64,000 bases of DNA. It comes from Lachnospiraceae bacterium. GTDB taxonomy: Bacteria > Bacillota > Clostridia > Lachnospirales > Lachnospiraceae. Of the stretch, positions 38,538 to 49,150 are shown one piece after another (positions within the stretch are counted from its first letter, which is position 1; the number at the start of each line of letters is the position of its first letter). The notes below the pieces were generated by a model. The model did not search any database. It saw only the letters and a program-made list of their open reading frames with translations, and was not told the DNA's origin. The DNA is taken from positions 7,751 to 71,750 of the forward strand of contig JAHYZZ010000010.1 in assembly GCA_019424135.1 (NCBI GenBank), given 5' to 3'. The position numbers were made by a program, and so were the translations under genes.

Positions 38538-39917
38538 ATGCTTCGAAAGAAATTGAGCATCCGATGGAACACCATGAAAATACTGGTATTTGGTTTTTTA
38601 GGAGTCATATTCCTGGGTGGTTTCTTTTTATGGCTTCCGGTCTGCAACCGGCAGCCAATCGCGTTTATGGATGCCTTGTTTACTTCTGTGTCAGCAGTCT
38701 GTGTGACCGGGCTGGTGACCATTACACCGGCAGCACAGTTTACACTTCTTGGAAAGGTGATCCTCTTGATTTTGATTCAGGTTGGAGGATTGGGAGTGAT
38801 CGGCTGTGCGACTTTGTTTTTTTTGATTCTTCGGAAAAAGATCACCGTGAGGGAAAGAGTCGTTCTTCAGGAAACTTATAATATGGATAGGCTTGGTGGC
38901 ATGGTTGGCATGGTAAAAAGAGTCATTATCGGTACATTCGTGGTGGAAGGAGCAGGGGCCTTATTTTTTGCCTTTCAGTTTGTACCGGAGTACGGACTGA
39001 TCCGTGGAATCTGGTATTCAGTATTTCATTCCATTTCAGCATTTTGTAATGCGGGGATTGATATTCTGGGATCGGATAGTTTTGTAAAATATGCGGGAAA
39101 TCCTTTGATCAACCTTACAACAATGTTGTTGATCATACTGGGAGGGCTGGGCTTTACGGTATGGTTTGACGTGATAGATAACGGGAAAAGAATCTATAAG
39201 CATGAGGTGCCAAGAAAATGGTGGTTTACCAGGTTGAGACTTCAATCAAAGCTGGTGCTTTTGGCAACCGTATCACTGATCCTTCTGGGATCGGTACTGG
39301 TATTTGTCATGGAGTTTCAAAATTCCAGAACAATTGGAGAAATGGCGTTGGGCGATCAGATTATGGCATCCTTCTTCCAGTCGGTAACTAACAGGACAGC
39401 CGGGTATGCAACGATTCCGCAGGCAGGCCTGCATACGGAGACGAAACTTGTAAATAGTATTTTGATGCTTATCGGCGGGTCGCCGGGAGGAACGGCAGGC
39501 GGAGTAAAGACCACGACCTTTGTCATGTTGTTCTTAGCCTGTATGACCTTTGTGAAAGGTGGAAATGACATTGAATGTCTGGGAAGAAAAATTACTGCAG
39601 AAAATTTCCGAAATGGATTTTCTGTGATGCTTTTGACCTTTTCGGTATATTTGATTGGTATTTTCCTGATCCTGACCTTTGAGCCTGATCAGATATCTAC
39701 GATTAATGTGATTTACGAGGCCTCGTCAGCCATCGGGACCGTGGGACTGACAGCAGGGCTGACGCCGAATCTTACCAGGTCTAGTCAGGTGGTATTAATG
39801 GTTTTGATGTATATTGGGCGAATCGGACCCATGACCTTGATGCTGGTATTTGCCGGTAGAGCCAATCCGAGGGATAAGATCCGAGAGCTTCCGGTAGAAC
39901 GGATCATGGTCGGATAA
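38538..39917 (+). CDS. Trk/Ktr potassium uptake membrane protein (KtrB/TrkH)
   Basis: SAVCVTGL, SAFCNAG, RTAGY, SAIGTVGL selectivity loops. Confidence 0.94.
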   Translation: MLRKKLSIRWNTMKILVFGFLGVIFLGGFFLWLPVCNRQPIAFMDALFTSVSAVCVTGLVTITPAAQFTLLGKVILLILIQVGGLGVIGCATLFFLILRKKITVRERVVLQETYNMDRLGGMVGMVKRVIIGTFVVEGAGALFFAFQFVPEYGLIRGIWYSVFHSISAFCNAGIDILGSDSFVKYAGNPLINLTTMLLIILGGLGFTVWFDVIDNGKRIYKHEVPRKWWFTRLRLQSKLVLLATVSLILLGSVLVFVMEFQNSRTIGEMALGDQIMASFFQSVTNRTAGYATIPQAGLHTETKLVNSILMLIGGSPGGTAGGVKTTTFVMLFLACMTFVKGGNDIECLGRKITAENFRNGFSVMLLTFSVYLIGIFLILTFEPDQISTINVIYEASSAIGTVGLTAGLTPNLTRSSQVVLMVLMYIGRIGPMTLMLVFAGRANPRDKIRELPVERIMVG

Positions 39918-39939
39918 CGGCATAAGGGAAAAGGAGGAA

Positions 39940-40590
39940 ATGAAAATGAAAAAGCAATATGCAGTTTTCGGACTGGGAAGTTTCGGAGAGAGTGTGGCTG
40001 TGACCTTGCAGAGTCTGGGTTGTGAAGTTGTTGCAGTCGATAAGTATATGGATCGGATTGAGGAGATTGCCAGCAAGGTGTCTTATGCCATGAAAGCAGA
40101 CGTGGGAGATCCGGAGGTGATTCGGTCGCTGGGGACTCGGAATCTGGACGGCGTGGTGGTTGCGGTGGCTGATGACATGGAAGCCAGTGTGATGGCAACC
40201 CTGGTATCCAAAGAACTGGGAGTACCCTATGTACTGGCAAAAGCCAAGACCGAGCTTCATGCAAAGGTGCTGCAGAAAATTGGCGCTGATGCCGTAATCT
40301 TTCCAGAGATGGAAATGGGGGCAAGGGTAGCCAAGAATCTGATGTCTGCAAATTTTGCAGACTGGATTACCTTGTCAGATGACTACAGCATTGTTGAAAC
40401 GATGACCCCCAAACACTGGGTAGGAAGATCCTTACAGGAGCTGGATGTCCGGAAAAATTACGGGGTCAATGTGGTAGGTACAAAGCTTGGCGAACAAGTG
40501 GAAGTCAACCCTGATCCGGAAAAGCTTCTGGAGCCAGGGACTGTATTGATCTTGGTAGGGCACAATGAAGATCTGGAGAGGATAAAATGA
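39940..40590 (+). CDS. Trk/Ktr potassium uptake RCK subunit (KtrA/TrkA)
   Basis: VFGLGSFG, IGADAVIFPE, RCK_C domain. Confidence 0.94.
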   Translation: MKMKKQYAVFGLGSFGESVAVTLQSLGCEVVAVDKYMDRIEEIASKVSYAMKADVGDPEVIRSLGTRNLDGVVVAVADDMEASVMATLVSKELGVPYVLAKAKTELHAKVLQKIGADAVIFPEMEMGARVAKNLMSANFADWITLSDDYSIVETMTPKHWVGRSLQELDVRKNYGVNVVGTKLGEQVEVNPDPEKLLEPGTVLILVGHNEDLERIK

Positions 40591-41378
40591 TTACAAGTAC
40601 GGCAAATGTAAAAGTAAAGAGGATCATACAGCTCCGGAAAAAGAAAAAGACCAGAGATGAAGAAGGGGTCTTTTTGGTAGAAGGGATCCGGATGTTCCGG
40701 GAGATACCGCCAGCCAGCCTTAAGGAAATCTATGTGTCAGAAAGCTGTATGAAAAAGGAAAAAGGAATGGTGCAGGAAATGGGGGAAAGGGCCGGCGTCC
40801 GTGTGGAGCTGGTGTCGGATCCGGTATTTGAGTATTTGTCAGATACCCGCACTCCCCAGGGAATCCTAAGTGTTGTGGCACGCAGTACCTATACGCTGGA
40901 GGACATTGCCAGGGGAGAATCCCCTCATGTGCTGGTGTTGGATCGACTGCAGGATCCGGGAAATGTAGGAACGATTCTGCGAACGGCGGAGGGAGCCGGG
41001 GTGACAGGAATTCTGCTTGATGGCGAATGTGCAGATGTCTATAATCCAAAGACGATCCGCTCCACCATGGGCTCCATTTTTCGAATGCCTTTTTGTTATA
41101 TACAGGATCTAAGAGAGGGGATTCGAAGGCTTAAGGATATGGGGCTCCATATCTACGCGGCGCATCTGGACGGCGTACATTTTTATGATGAAGAAAATTA
41201 TCGTACCCCTTGCGCTTTTCTGATTGGTAATGAGGGAAATGGACTGCGAGAAGAGATCGCAAAGATGGCAGATACTTACATAAAGATCCCGATGGCAGGA
41301 AGCGTAGAGTCTTTAAATGCCGCAATTGCTTCAGCGGTTTTGATGTTTGAAGTCAGCAGACAGAGAAGACAGTCTTAA
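40587..41378 (+). CDS. TrmH/SpoU family RNA methyltransferase
   Basis: QDPGNVGTILRTA, GNEGNG, IPM..ESLNAA. Confidence 0.94.
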   Translation: MITSTANVKVKRIIQLRKKKKTRDEEGVFLVEGIRMFREIPPASLKEIYVSESCMKKEKGMVQEMGERAGVRVELVSDPVFEYLSDTRTPQGILSVVARSTYTLEDIARGESPHVLVLDRLQDPGNVGTILRTAEGAGVTGILLDGECADVYNPKTIRSTMGSIFRMPFCYIQDLREGIRRLKDMGLHIYAAHLDGVHFYDEENYRTPCAFLIGNEGNGLREEIAKMADTYIKIPMAGSVESLNAAIASAVLMFEVSRQRRQS

Positions 41379-41449
41379 TTGTTTGATTTCTGGCAAAAAG
41401 TATAGTAATATATTGAAAAAGTAATACTAATAAATGTATAAAGAGAGGG

Positions 41450-41899
41450 ATGCCTATGCAGACAATTTACTGGCTGGTATTGTTTGTGATACTGTTAATC
41501 ATCGAGATTATCACGATGGGGCTGACGACAATCTGGTTTGCAGGCGGGGCGTTGGCAGCGTTTCTGGCAGGCGTGCTGGGATTCGGACTTCCTGTTCAGA
41601 TTGTGGTATTCCTGGTGGTGTCAATCTTGCTTTTTGTGCTGACTAGGCCCATTGCCGTGAAGTATTTTAATCAGGAGAGACAGAAGACCAATGCGGAAAG
41701 TCTGATCGGGCAGCATGGCCTGGTGGTAGAAGAGGTTGACACGTTACATGCAAAGGGCGTTGTGGAAGTGAAGGGTCAGGAGTGGTCGGCGAAAACAGAT
41801 GAACCAGATGGGAAGATTGCAAAGAATACGATTGTTACTATCGAAGGAATTCAAGGCGTACATCTGATTGTGAGAGCCAGAGAGGAGAAAACATGTTAG
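41450..41899 (+). CDS. NfeD family membrane protein
   Basis: N-terminal TMs + OB fold (G.V.V.GQEWSA); paired with SPFH gene. Confidence 0.88.
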   Translation: MPMQTIYWLVLFVILLIIEIITMGLTTIWFAGGALAAFLAGVLGFGLPVQIVVFLVVSILLFVLTRPIAVKYFNQERQKTNAESLIGQHGLVVEEVDTLHAKGVVEVKGQEWSAKTDEPDGKIAKNTIVTIEGIQGVHLIVRAREEKTC

Positions 41900-42831
41900 G
41901 AAGTATTTTGGGACTTATCTTATTAATTATCGTTGTGTTGATTTTGATCTCCTGTGTCAAGATTGTAAAACAGGCACAGGCCCTGGTAATAGAAAGATTG
42001 GGCGCGTATCAGGCGACCTGGGGCACCGGGCTTCATTTTAAGATACCAATCATTGACCGGGTGGCAAGGCGTGTGGATTTAAAAGAGCAGGTAGTAGATT
42101 TTGCACCGCAGCCGGTGATTACAAAGGACAATGTGACCATGCGGATCGATACGGTTGTATTTTATCAGATTACAGATCCGAAGATGTTTTGTTACGGAGT
42201 GGCCAATCCGATAATGGCTATTGAAAATCTGACGGCGACAACCCTTCGGAATATCATCGGCGATCTGGAACTGGATCAGACGCTGACATCCAGAGAGACC
42301 ATCAATACGAAGATGCGGGCGTCCCTGGATGTGGCAACGGATCCATGGGGCATCAAAGTGACTCGTGTGGAATTGAAAAATATTATTCCTCCGGCAGCGA
42401 TCCAGGATGCCATGGAGAAACAGATGAAGGCGGAGCGTGAAAGGCGTGAAGCAATCCTGCGTGCAGAAGGTGAAAAGAAATCTACGGTTTTGGTGGCAGA
42501 AGGACATAAGGAATCAGCAATCCTGAATGCGGAGGCGGATAAGCAGGCAGCGATTCTGCGTGCAGAGGCCGAAAAAGAGGCAACCATCCGCGAAGCGGAA
42601 GGGCAGGCAGAGGCAATCCTCAAAGTGCAGCAGGCAACGGCCGATGGTATCCGTTTCCTCAAGGAAGCCGGGGCAGATGAAGCCGTGCTTACGATGAAGA
42701 GTCTGGAAGCCTTTGAAAAAGCGGCCGATGGAAAAGCAACGAAGATTATTATCCCTTCTGAAATTCAGGGAATTGCCGGACTGGTAAAATCTCTGGCAGA
42801 GGTCGGAGCAAAGGGAGAGGATCAGAAATAG
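41893..42831 (+). CDS. SPFH/stomatin-like protein (QmcA-like)
   Basis: VIERLG, VITKDNV, TLRNIIG, AERERRE..AEG. Confidence 0.94.
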   Translation: MLGSILGLILLIIVVLILISCVKIVKQAQALVIERLGAYQATWGTGLHFKIPIIDRVARRVDLKEQVVDFAPQPVITKDNVTMRIDTVVFYQITDPKMFCYGVANPIMAIENLTATTLRNIIGDLELDQTLTSRETINTKMRASLDVATDPWGIKVTRVELKNIIPPAAIQDAMEKQMKAERERREAILRAEGEKKSTVLVAEGHKESAILNAEADKQAAILRAEAEKEATIREAEGQAEAILKVQQATADGIRFLKEAGADEAVLTMKSLEAFEKAADGKATKIIIPSEIQGIAGLVKSLAEVGAKGEDQK

Positions 42832-42874
42832 CAGTAACAAAAGGGCGCTTCAGAACAGCGCCCCTCATTTATGT

Positions 42875-42888
42875 TGCATGATAATGTA
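42875..42888 (+). promoter_or_regulatory. Possible ARG box upstream of argF
   Basis: TGCAT-gata-ATGTA resembles the ArgR/AhrC box; single weak copy. Confidence 0.3.
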
Positions 42889-42911
42889 GAACAGATAAGA
42901 TAAAGGGAGAG

Positions 42912-43919
42912 ATGGACATGAATTTAATAGGAAGAAACTTTCTGACACTTAAGGATTTTACACCGGAAGAGATTACCTATCTTCTTGATCTGGCAGCAGA
43001 TCTCAAGGAAAAGAAGAAAAAGGGAGTTCCGGTGGACGATTACCGCGGGAAAAATGTGGCACTGGTCTTCGAAAAAACCAGCACCCGCACCAGATGTGCA
43101 TTTGAAGTAGCAGCCCATGATATGGGAATGGGAACTACATATCTGGACCCGAAAGGATCCCAGATCGGGAAGAAAGAAAGTATTAAGGACACGGCAAGGG
43201 TCCTTGGAAGAATGTTTGACGGGATCGAATATCGTGGTTTTGGACAGGAGATTGTTGAGGAACTGGCAAGGTATGCAGGAGTACCGGTTTGGAACGGACT
43301 GACCAACGAATATCATCCCACCCAGATGCTGGCGGATTTATTGACAATCCGGGAACATTTTGGAAAGCTTAAGGGTATTAAACTTGTGTACATGGGAGAT
43401 GCACGTTATAATATGGGGAATTCTCTGATGATTGCCTGTGCAAAGATGGGAATGGATTTTGTGGCATGTACCACGAAAAAATATTTCCCTAATGAAGAGC
43501 TGGTAAAGACTTGCCAGGGATACGCAGCGAAGAGCGGAGGAACCATTACGCTGACAGAAGATGTGCAGACTGGTACGAAGGACGCAGATGTGATCTATAC
43601 GGATGTGTGGGTGTCTATGGGTGAACCGGACGAAGTATGGGAAGAGCGGATTAGAGAGTTGTCTCCCTATAAGGTGACAAAAGAAGTGATGGAAAATGCA
43701 GGTGAAAAATCGATTTTCCTTCACTGCCTGCCGGCATTTCATGATCTGAAGACGACAATTGGAAAAGAGATTTATGAAAAATACGGTATCCAGGATATGG
43801 AAGTTACAGACGAAGTATTCGAGTCGAGTCAGTCCAAAGTATTTGATGAGGCGGAGAACCGAATGCATACGATTAAGGCAGTCATGTCTGCGACTCTTGA
43901 AAAGAGCAGGAAAGAATAA
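42912..43919 (+). CDS. argF: Ornithine carbamoyltransferase
   Basis: [36 protein letters not shown]. Confidence 0.97.
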   Translation: MDMNLIGRNFLTLKDFTPEEITYLLDLAADLKEKKKKGVPVDDYRGKNVALVFEKTSTRTRCAFEVAAHDMGMGTTYLDPKGSQIGKKESIKDTARVLGRMFDGIEYRGFGQEIVEELARYAGVPVWNGLTNEYHPTQMLADLLTIREHFGKLKGIKLVYMGDARYNMGNSLMIACAKMGMDFVACTTKKYFPNEELVKTCQGYAAKSGGTITLTEDVQTGTKDADVIYTDVWVSMGEPDEVWEERIRELSPYKVTKEVMENAGEKSIFLHCLPAFHDLKTTIGKEIYEKYGIQDMEVTDEVFESSQSKVFDEAENRMHTIKAVMSATLEKSRKE

Positions 43920-43964
43920 GATCGTTTTTGATTGAAACAGAGAGCTATTTTGGGAGGATAAGGT

Positions 43965-44294
43965 ATGTATGAAGAGAAGGTGGTGCTCTGCGGCGCCAAT
44001 TCTTATACGGAAAAATATTATCTGAATCCGGATTTTGAACAGCTTCCGGACAATATCAAAAATGAGCTGAAGATCATGTGCGTACTGTATGTCCATGATG
44101 TGGGAGGTATTCTGACGCTGGTGTACGAAGAGGACGGGGAACTTTGTTTCGAGGTGACATCCGAAGAGGGGGATCCCATGTTTGACGAGATTGGAAGTGC
44201 ACTAAAGATCAAACAGCTGCAGACAGAAAAGCAGGATTTACTGGAGGCTTTGCAGTTATATTACCGGGTGTTTTTCCTGGGGGAGGAGTTTTAG
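43965..44294 (+). CDS. Conserved Clostridia hypothetical protein (DUF6145-like)
   Basis: VLCGANSY.EKYYLNPDF..LP..IK.EL; typical position before coaX/dusB. Confidence 0.65.
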   Translation: MYEEKVVLCGANSYTEKYYLNPDFEQLPDNIKNELKIMCVLYVHDVGGILTLVYEEDGELCFEVTSEEGDPMFDEIGSALKIKQLQTEKQDLLEALQLYYRVFFLGEEF

Positions 44295-44300
44295 AACGTT

Positions 44301-45071
44301 ATGTTGATGGTAATAGATGTAGGAAACACAAATATTACGATAGGAGTCTTCAAAGGCGAAGAGATCCTTGGCACCTTTCGTATGAAATCAAAACAGCCCC
44401 GTACTTCCGATGAGTATGGAATTACGCTGCAGGAGCTGGTGGAGCGTCACGGGATCCCCAGTTATGAGATCCATCATGTGATCGTGGCATCGGTGGTGCC
44501 GGATATCATGCATTCGCTGGGAAGTGCGATCATAAAATATTTTCATATTAAGCCGGTAGTCGTATCGGCTGGGATCAAAACCGGGATTCGGATCGTGACC
44601 GAAAATCCAAGACAGGTGGGACCCGACCGGATCGTAGATGCGGTCGGCGCTTACACATTGCATGGCGGACCGGTCATTGTGGTAGATTTCGGAACAGCAA
44701 CGACCTATGACATCATCGGCCCGGATGGAACCTTCGAGGCAGGACTGATCGCCCCAGGACTTCGGACCTCAGCCCAGGCTTTGTGGGGAGAGGCGGATAT
44801 GCTGCCCGCCATCGAGATAAGAAAACCGACATCCATCCTGGCAAAGGAGACAATATCCAGCATGCAGGGCGGCCTTCTGTACGGTCAGGTGGGACAGACA
44901 GAATACATTATCAAACGCTTAAAAGAAGAATCCGGATATATCGATGCGAAAGTCGTGGCGACAGGCGGTCTGGGAAAGATGATCGTGGCAGAAACTGACG
45001 TGGTAGACGTATACGATCCACAGCTGACCTTAAAAGGGCTGCGGTTTATTTTTGAGAAAAATAGAAAGTGA
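44301..45071 (+). CDS. coaX: Type III pantothenate kinase
   Basis: [24 protein letters not shown]. Confidence 0.95.
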   Translation: MLMVIDVGNTNITIGVFKGEEILGTFRMKSKQPRTSDEYGITLQELVERHGIPSYEIHHVIVASVVPDIMHSLGSAIIKYFHIKPVVVSAGIKTGIRIVTENPRQVGPDRIVDAVGAYTLHGGPVIVVDFGTATTYDIIGPDGTFEAGLIAPGLRTSAQALWGEADMLPAIEIRKPTSILAKETISSMQGGLLYGQVGQTEYIIKRLKEESGYIDAKVVATGGLGKMIVAETDVVDVYDPQLTLKGLRFIFEKNRK

Positions 45072-45083
45072 AAAAAATAACAG

Positions 45084-45145
45084 GGGACGTAGCAAAATGC
45101 AAAAGGGCTACGTCCCAAATTGACGATAAGGGTGTACCTAAATGG
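45084..45145 (+). repeat. Dispersed 62-nt hairpin element, copy 2; supplies the SD and ATG of dusB
   Basis: Stem GGGACGTAGC/GCTACGTCCC then AAATTGAC..AGGGTGTACCTAAATGG; 54/62 identical to 14274-14335. Confidence 0.85.
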
Positions 45146-46098
45146 AAATAGGAAACGTAAAACTTGCGAATCCATACATTCTCGCTCCGATGGCGGGGGT
45201 GACTGACCGACCGTTCCGGCTGCTTTGCAAAGAGCAGGGAGCGGGACTTTTGTGTATGGAGATGATCAGTGCAAAAGCGCTGCAATATAAGAATAAGAAT
45301 ACGAAAGCGTTGCTGTCTATTGATCCCAGGGAATACCCGGTATCTCTCCAGCTGTTTGGCTCGGATCCGAAGATCATCAGCGAGCAGGCAAAAGCAATTG
45401 AGGAGTTGCCGTTTCAGATTCTGGATATCAATATGGGCTGTCCGGTTCCTAAGGTGGTTAAAAACGGAGAGGGATCTGCACTTATGAATAATCCAAAACT
45501 TGTGTATGAGATTGTGTACCAAACTGTTCGTGGAATTCACAAACCGGTGACTGTAAAAATCCGAAAGGGATTTGATGATGAGCATGTCAATGCGGTGGAG
45601 ATTGCCCGGGTGGTAGAGGAGGCCGGTGCCGCGGCAGTGGCTGTACACGGGCGTACAAGAGAGCAGTATTATGCGGGAAGGGCAGACTGGGACATTATCC
45701 GCAGGGTTAAAGAGGCCGTTTCGATTCCGGTGATTGGAAATGGGGATGTAACTTCCGGGGAGAGTGCGGTGAAGATGCAAAAAGAAACAGGATGTGATGG
45801 CGTTATGATCGGAAGAGGCGCTCAGGGGAATCCGTGGATTTTCCGGGATCTTCTGGAGTATGGCAAAACCGGGCAGATGCCCCCAAGACCAGATGCCCGG
45901 GAATTGAGAGAAATGATGCTTCGTCATGCAAGGCTGCAACTGGAATTTAAAGGAGAATATTTAGGGATCCGGGAAATGCGCAAGCATGTGGCCTGGTATA
46001 CCAAAGGCCTGAAGGGATCTTCCAAGCTTCGAGATGAGATTAATCGAGTGGAGTCTTACGAAGAGCTTAAAGCACTTCTGGAAGAAAAAATCTTATAG
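45142..46098 (+). CDS. dusB: tRNA-dihydrouridine synthase B
   Basis: LAPMAGVTD, DINMGCP, TVKIRKG, VHGRT, GNGD, MIGRG. Confidence 0.95.
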   Translation: MEIGNVKLANPYILAPMAGVTDRPFRLLCKEQGAGLLCMEMISAKALQYKNKNTKALLSIDPREYPVSLQLFGSDPKIISEQAKAIEELPFQILDINMGCPVPKVVKNGEGSALMNNPKLVYEIVYQTVRGIHKPVTVKIRKGFDDEHVNAVEIARVVEEAGAAAVAVHGRTREQYYAGRADWDIIRRVKEAVSIPVIGNGDVTSGESAVKMQKETGCDGVMIGRGAQGNPWIFRDLLEYGKTGQMPPRPDARELREMMLRHARLQLEFKGEYLGIREMRKHVAWYTKGLKGSSKLRDEINRVESYEELKALLEEKIL

Positions 46099-46161
46099 AA
46101 AACGGATAATAAAAGGGACAGGTCTGACATATACTTTATCATGCTGATCAGTGAAAAAATA

Positions 46162-46190
46162 TTGACATGGAGGACTGGCTTCTGTATAAT
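46162..46190 (+). promoter_or_regulatory. Consensus sigma-A promoter for greA-lysS
   Basis: TTGACA-17 bp-TATAAT. Confidence 0.8.
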
Positions 46191-46310
46191 AATGGAATTG
46201 TGAAAGTATCTTTAATTTCCATAATTTTAAGCATGTTCGAATGTACAGAAAAGATTATTTTTTAGCAGATAGATAAAAAGAAAGTATGAAATAAGAAGGG
46301 AAAGACACAG

Positions 46311-46793
46311 ATGGAAGCAAAGAAAAAATTATTAACTTATGCAGGACTGAAGGCCCTGGAAGATGAGTTGGAAAATTTAAAAGTTGTAAAGCGTAAAGAA
46401 GTCGCTGGTAAAATTAAGGAAGCAAGAGAGCAGGGAGATCTGTCAGAAAACGCAGAGTACGATGCTGCAAAAGATGAGCAGCGTGATATAGAGGCCCGTA
46501 TTGAAGAGCTGGAAGGCATTTTGAAAAATGCAGAAGTTGTGGTAGAAGACGAAGTAGATTTTGACAAGATTAATGTGGGATGTACAGTCAAGGTGTTTGA
46601 TGTGACCTTTGATGAAGAGATGGAGTTTAAGATTGTCGGTTCCACAGAGGCAAACAGCCTGGAAGGAAAGATTTCGAACGAATCTCCGGTAGGACAGGCT
46701 TTGATGGGAAAATCTGTAGGCGACGTGGTAGATGTTGAGACACAGGCAGGTGATATCCAGTATAAGGTACTGGAGATTAATCGTTCGATGTAA
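46311..46793 (+). CDS. greA: Transcription elongation factor GreA
   Basis: AREQGDLSENAEYDAAK, KISNESPVGQAL. Confidence 0.98.
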   Translation: MEAKKKLLTYAGLKALEDELENLKVVKRKEVAGKIKEAREQGDLSENAEYDAAKDEQRDIEARIEELEGILKNAEVVVEDEVDFDKINVGCTVKVFDVTFDEEMEFKIVGSTEANSLEGKISNESPVGQALMGKSVGDVVDVETQAGDIQYKVLEINRSM

Positions 46794-46814
46794 GGTAAGA
46801 AGGGAAGAAAAGTC

Positions 46815-48746
46815 ATGGGAGAACAGCAGAAAAAGGGACAGGAGCAGGATGTTAATCAGCTTCGCAAGGTTCGCCGGGAAAAGCTGGCAGACCTGCAGGC
46901 AAATGGGAAAAACCCATTTGAGATCACGAAATACGATGTGACATGCCATGCGGCAGAAGTAAAAGATAATTACGAAGAGATGGAAGGAAAACACGTTTCA
47001 CTGGCAGGACGTATCATGCAGAAGCGAGTGATGGGAAAGGCATCTTTTTGCAATATTCTTGATCAAAGTGGTAATATCCAGTCCTATGTGGCACGGGATA
47101 GTGTCGGGGAAGATAATTATAAGGATTTCAAGAAGATGGATATCGGCGACATTGTAGGCATTGAGGGCGAAGTGTTTAAGACAAAGACCGGTGAAATCTC
47201 TATTCATGCATCCGAAGTAAAGCTGTTGTCCAAAAGCCTTCAGATTCTTCCGGAAAAATATCACGGGCTGACCAATACCGATATGCGTTACCGACAAAGA
47301 TATGTGGACCTGATCATGAATCCGGAGGCAAGAGACACCTTTATCAAACGCTCCAGAATTGTAAGCTCGATCCGCAGGTACCTGGACGGGCAGGGATTCC
47401 TGGAGGTAGAGACTCCCATGCTTGTAAGCAACGCAGGAGGAGCAGCTGCAAGGCCGTTTGAGACTCATTTTAATGCATTAAATGAAGATTTTAAGCTTCG
47501 GATTTCTCTGGAGCTGTACTTAAAGAGACTGATTGTTGGCGGACTGGAAAAGGTCTATGAGATCGGCCGTGTGTTCCGCAACGAGGGGCTGGATACCAGA
47601 CACAATCCGGAGTTTACGCTGATGGAGCTTTATCAGGCATATACGGACTATAATGGTATGATGGATCTGACTGAGAACTTGTACCGCCATGTGGCAGAAG
47701 AAGTGCTGGGAACGACGACGATCACTTATAATGGGGTAGATATTGATCTTAGCAAGCCCTTTACCCGAATTTCTATGGTTGATGCAGTGAAGAAATATGC
47801 AGGCATTGACTGGGATGAGGTAAAGACGACAGAAGATGCCAAGAAGCTGGCAGATGAACATCATATCGAGTACGAGGATCGTCATAAGAAGGGTGATATT
47901 CTTAGTATGTTCTTCGAAGAATATGCGGAAGAGCATCTGATTCAGCCTACCTTTGTCATTGACCATCCGATTGAGATTTCTCCTCTGACAAAGAAAAAAC
48001 CAGAAAATCCAGATTATGTAGAGCGTTTTGAGTTCTTCATGAATGGATGGGAGATGGCAAATGCTTACTCTGAGTTAAACGATCCCATTGACCAGCGGGA
48101 GCGTTTTGCCCAACAGGATGCAAATGCGGCCGCTGGTGATGAGGAAGCAGAGCATACAGATGAAGACTTCCTGAATGCACTGGAAATCGGAATGCCTCCT
48201 ACAGGAGGAATTGGCTTTGGGATTGACCGGATGTGCATGTTGCTGACAAACAGCGCGGCTATTCGTGATGTATTGTTATTCCCGACCATGAAGTCACAAG
48301 GGGCAGCCAAGAACGAAGCAAACAATGTTGCACAGGCCGCAAAGGCTGAGGAAAAACCGGTTGAGAAGATCGATTTTTCCAAGGTGGAGATCGAGCCTTT
48401 GTTCGAAGAGTTCGTAGATTTTGACACCTTCAGCAAGTCTGATTTCCGCGCCGTGAAGGTAAAAGAGTGCGTGGCAGTACCCAAGTCCAAGAAGCTTCTT
48501 CAGTTTACTCTGGATGACGGAACAGGCGAGGATCGCACGATTTTAAGCGGAATTCACGCATATTACGAGCCGGAAGAGATGGTTGGAAAAACATTGATCG
48601 CGATTACAAATCTTCCTCCGAGAAAAATGACGGGAATTGATACCTGCGGTATGCTGCTTTCTGCAGTTCATACAGAAGAGGGAGAGGAAAAGCTTCATCT
48701 GCTGATGGTGGATGATCATATTCCGGCAGGAGCAAAACTCTACTAG
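46815..48746 (+). CDS. lysS: Lysine-tRNA ligase (class II) with fused C-terminal tRNA-binding OB domain
   Basis: [40 protein letters not shown]; extra about 130 aa (KSKKLL..RTILSGI..NLPPRK). Confidence 0.97.
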   Translation: MGEQQKKGQEQDVNQLRKVRREKLADLQANGKNPFEITKYDVTCHAAEVKDNYEEMEGKHVSLAGRIMQKRVMGKASFCNILDQSGNIQSYVARDSVGEDNYKDFKKMDIGDIVGIEGEVFKTKTGEISIHASEVKLLSKSLQILPEKYHGLTNTDMRYRQRYVDLIMNPEARDTFIKRSRIVSSIRRYLDGQGFLEVETPMLVSNAGGAAARPFETHFNALNEDFKLRISLELYLKRLIVGGLEKVYEIGRVFRNEGLDTRHNPEFTLMELYQAYTDYNGMMDLTENLYRHVAEEVLGTTTITYNGVDIDLSKPFTRISMVDAVKKYAGIDWDEVKTTEDAKKLADEHHIEYEDRHKKGDILSMFFEEYAEEHLIQPTFVIDHPIEISPLTKKKPENPDYVERFEFFMNGWEMANAYSELNDPIDQRERFAQQDANAAAGDEEAEHTDEDFLNALEIGMPPTGGIGFGIDRMCMLLTNSAAIRDVLLFPTMKSQGAAKNEANNVAQAAKAEEKPVEKIDFSKVEIEPLFEEFVDFDTFSKSDFRAVKVKECVAVPKSKKLLQFTLDDGTGEDRTILSGIHAYYEPEEMVGKTLIAITNLPPRKMTGIDTCGMLLSAVHTEEGEEKLHLLMVDDHIPAGAKLY

Positions 48747-48804
48747 AGATTAAAAATATTCTTGGAATTTGACAACAAATCCTATATCGGGAAATCGATG
48801 ATTT

Positions 48805-48845
48805 AGGCACTTTTTGAAAGAAAAACTTTCGGAAAGTGCCTTTTT
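48805..48845 (+). terminator. Terminator after lysS
   Basis: AGGCACTTT...AAAGTGCCT + T run. Confidence 0.7.
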
Positions 48846-49105
48846 CTAGGGATTTGCATATTTACATGATCTCTTTTCTCAACGCATACCGAAATCATGC
48901 AGTCATCAGGATTGTGGATTTGAGCATTTGTAATCAGATTTCCGATTGCCTGCTGCAGCAATTCCTTATCTCCATTTATCATACAGGCAGTTCATGTTTC
49001 GTCTGTGTTCCATTCTATCGGATAATTTTTTCCTATCCCCAAATGGATAAAATTAACAACGCTTTGCCTTGTAACCGCGATGAGGTCGACTGGTTTTGGG
49101 TGGCA
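48845..49105 (-). pseudogene. Sensor histidine kinase fragment
   Basis: Hand translation ..PVDLIAVTRQSVVNF..YPIEWNTDET*TACMINGDKELLQQAIGNLITNAQIHNPDD..; N-box of the HATPase domain, internal stop, no start, no G boxes. Confidence 0.75.
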
Positions 49106-49150
49106 CTTGCTCTGTTTTGCATTCGATAAGGTACATATGAACGGTGTTTG

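Noticed and set aside
38510..38881. 123-aa ORF overlapping the ktrB start
   Set aside because: Alternative frame of ktrB with no independent evidence
14274..45145. The two 62-nt repeats as attL/attR of a 31-kb integrated element
   Set aside because: The enclosed DNA contains core genes (rlmD, argF, coaX, ktrAB) and no recombinase; the differences are structure-preserving rather than a target duplication
48836..49129. 97-aa plus-strand ORF after lysS
   Set aside because: No SD or recognisable motif; it is the antisense of a histidine-kinase fragment
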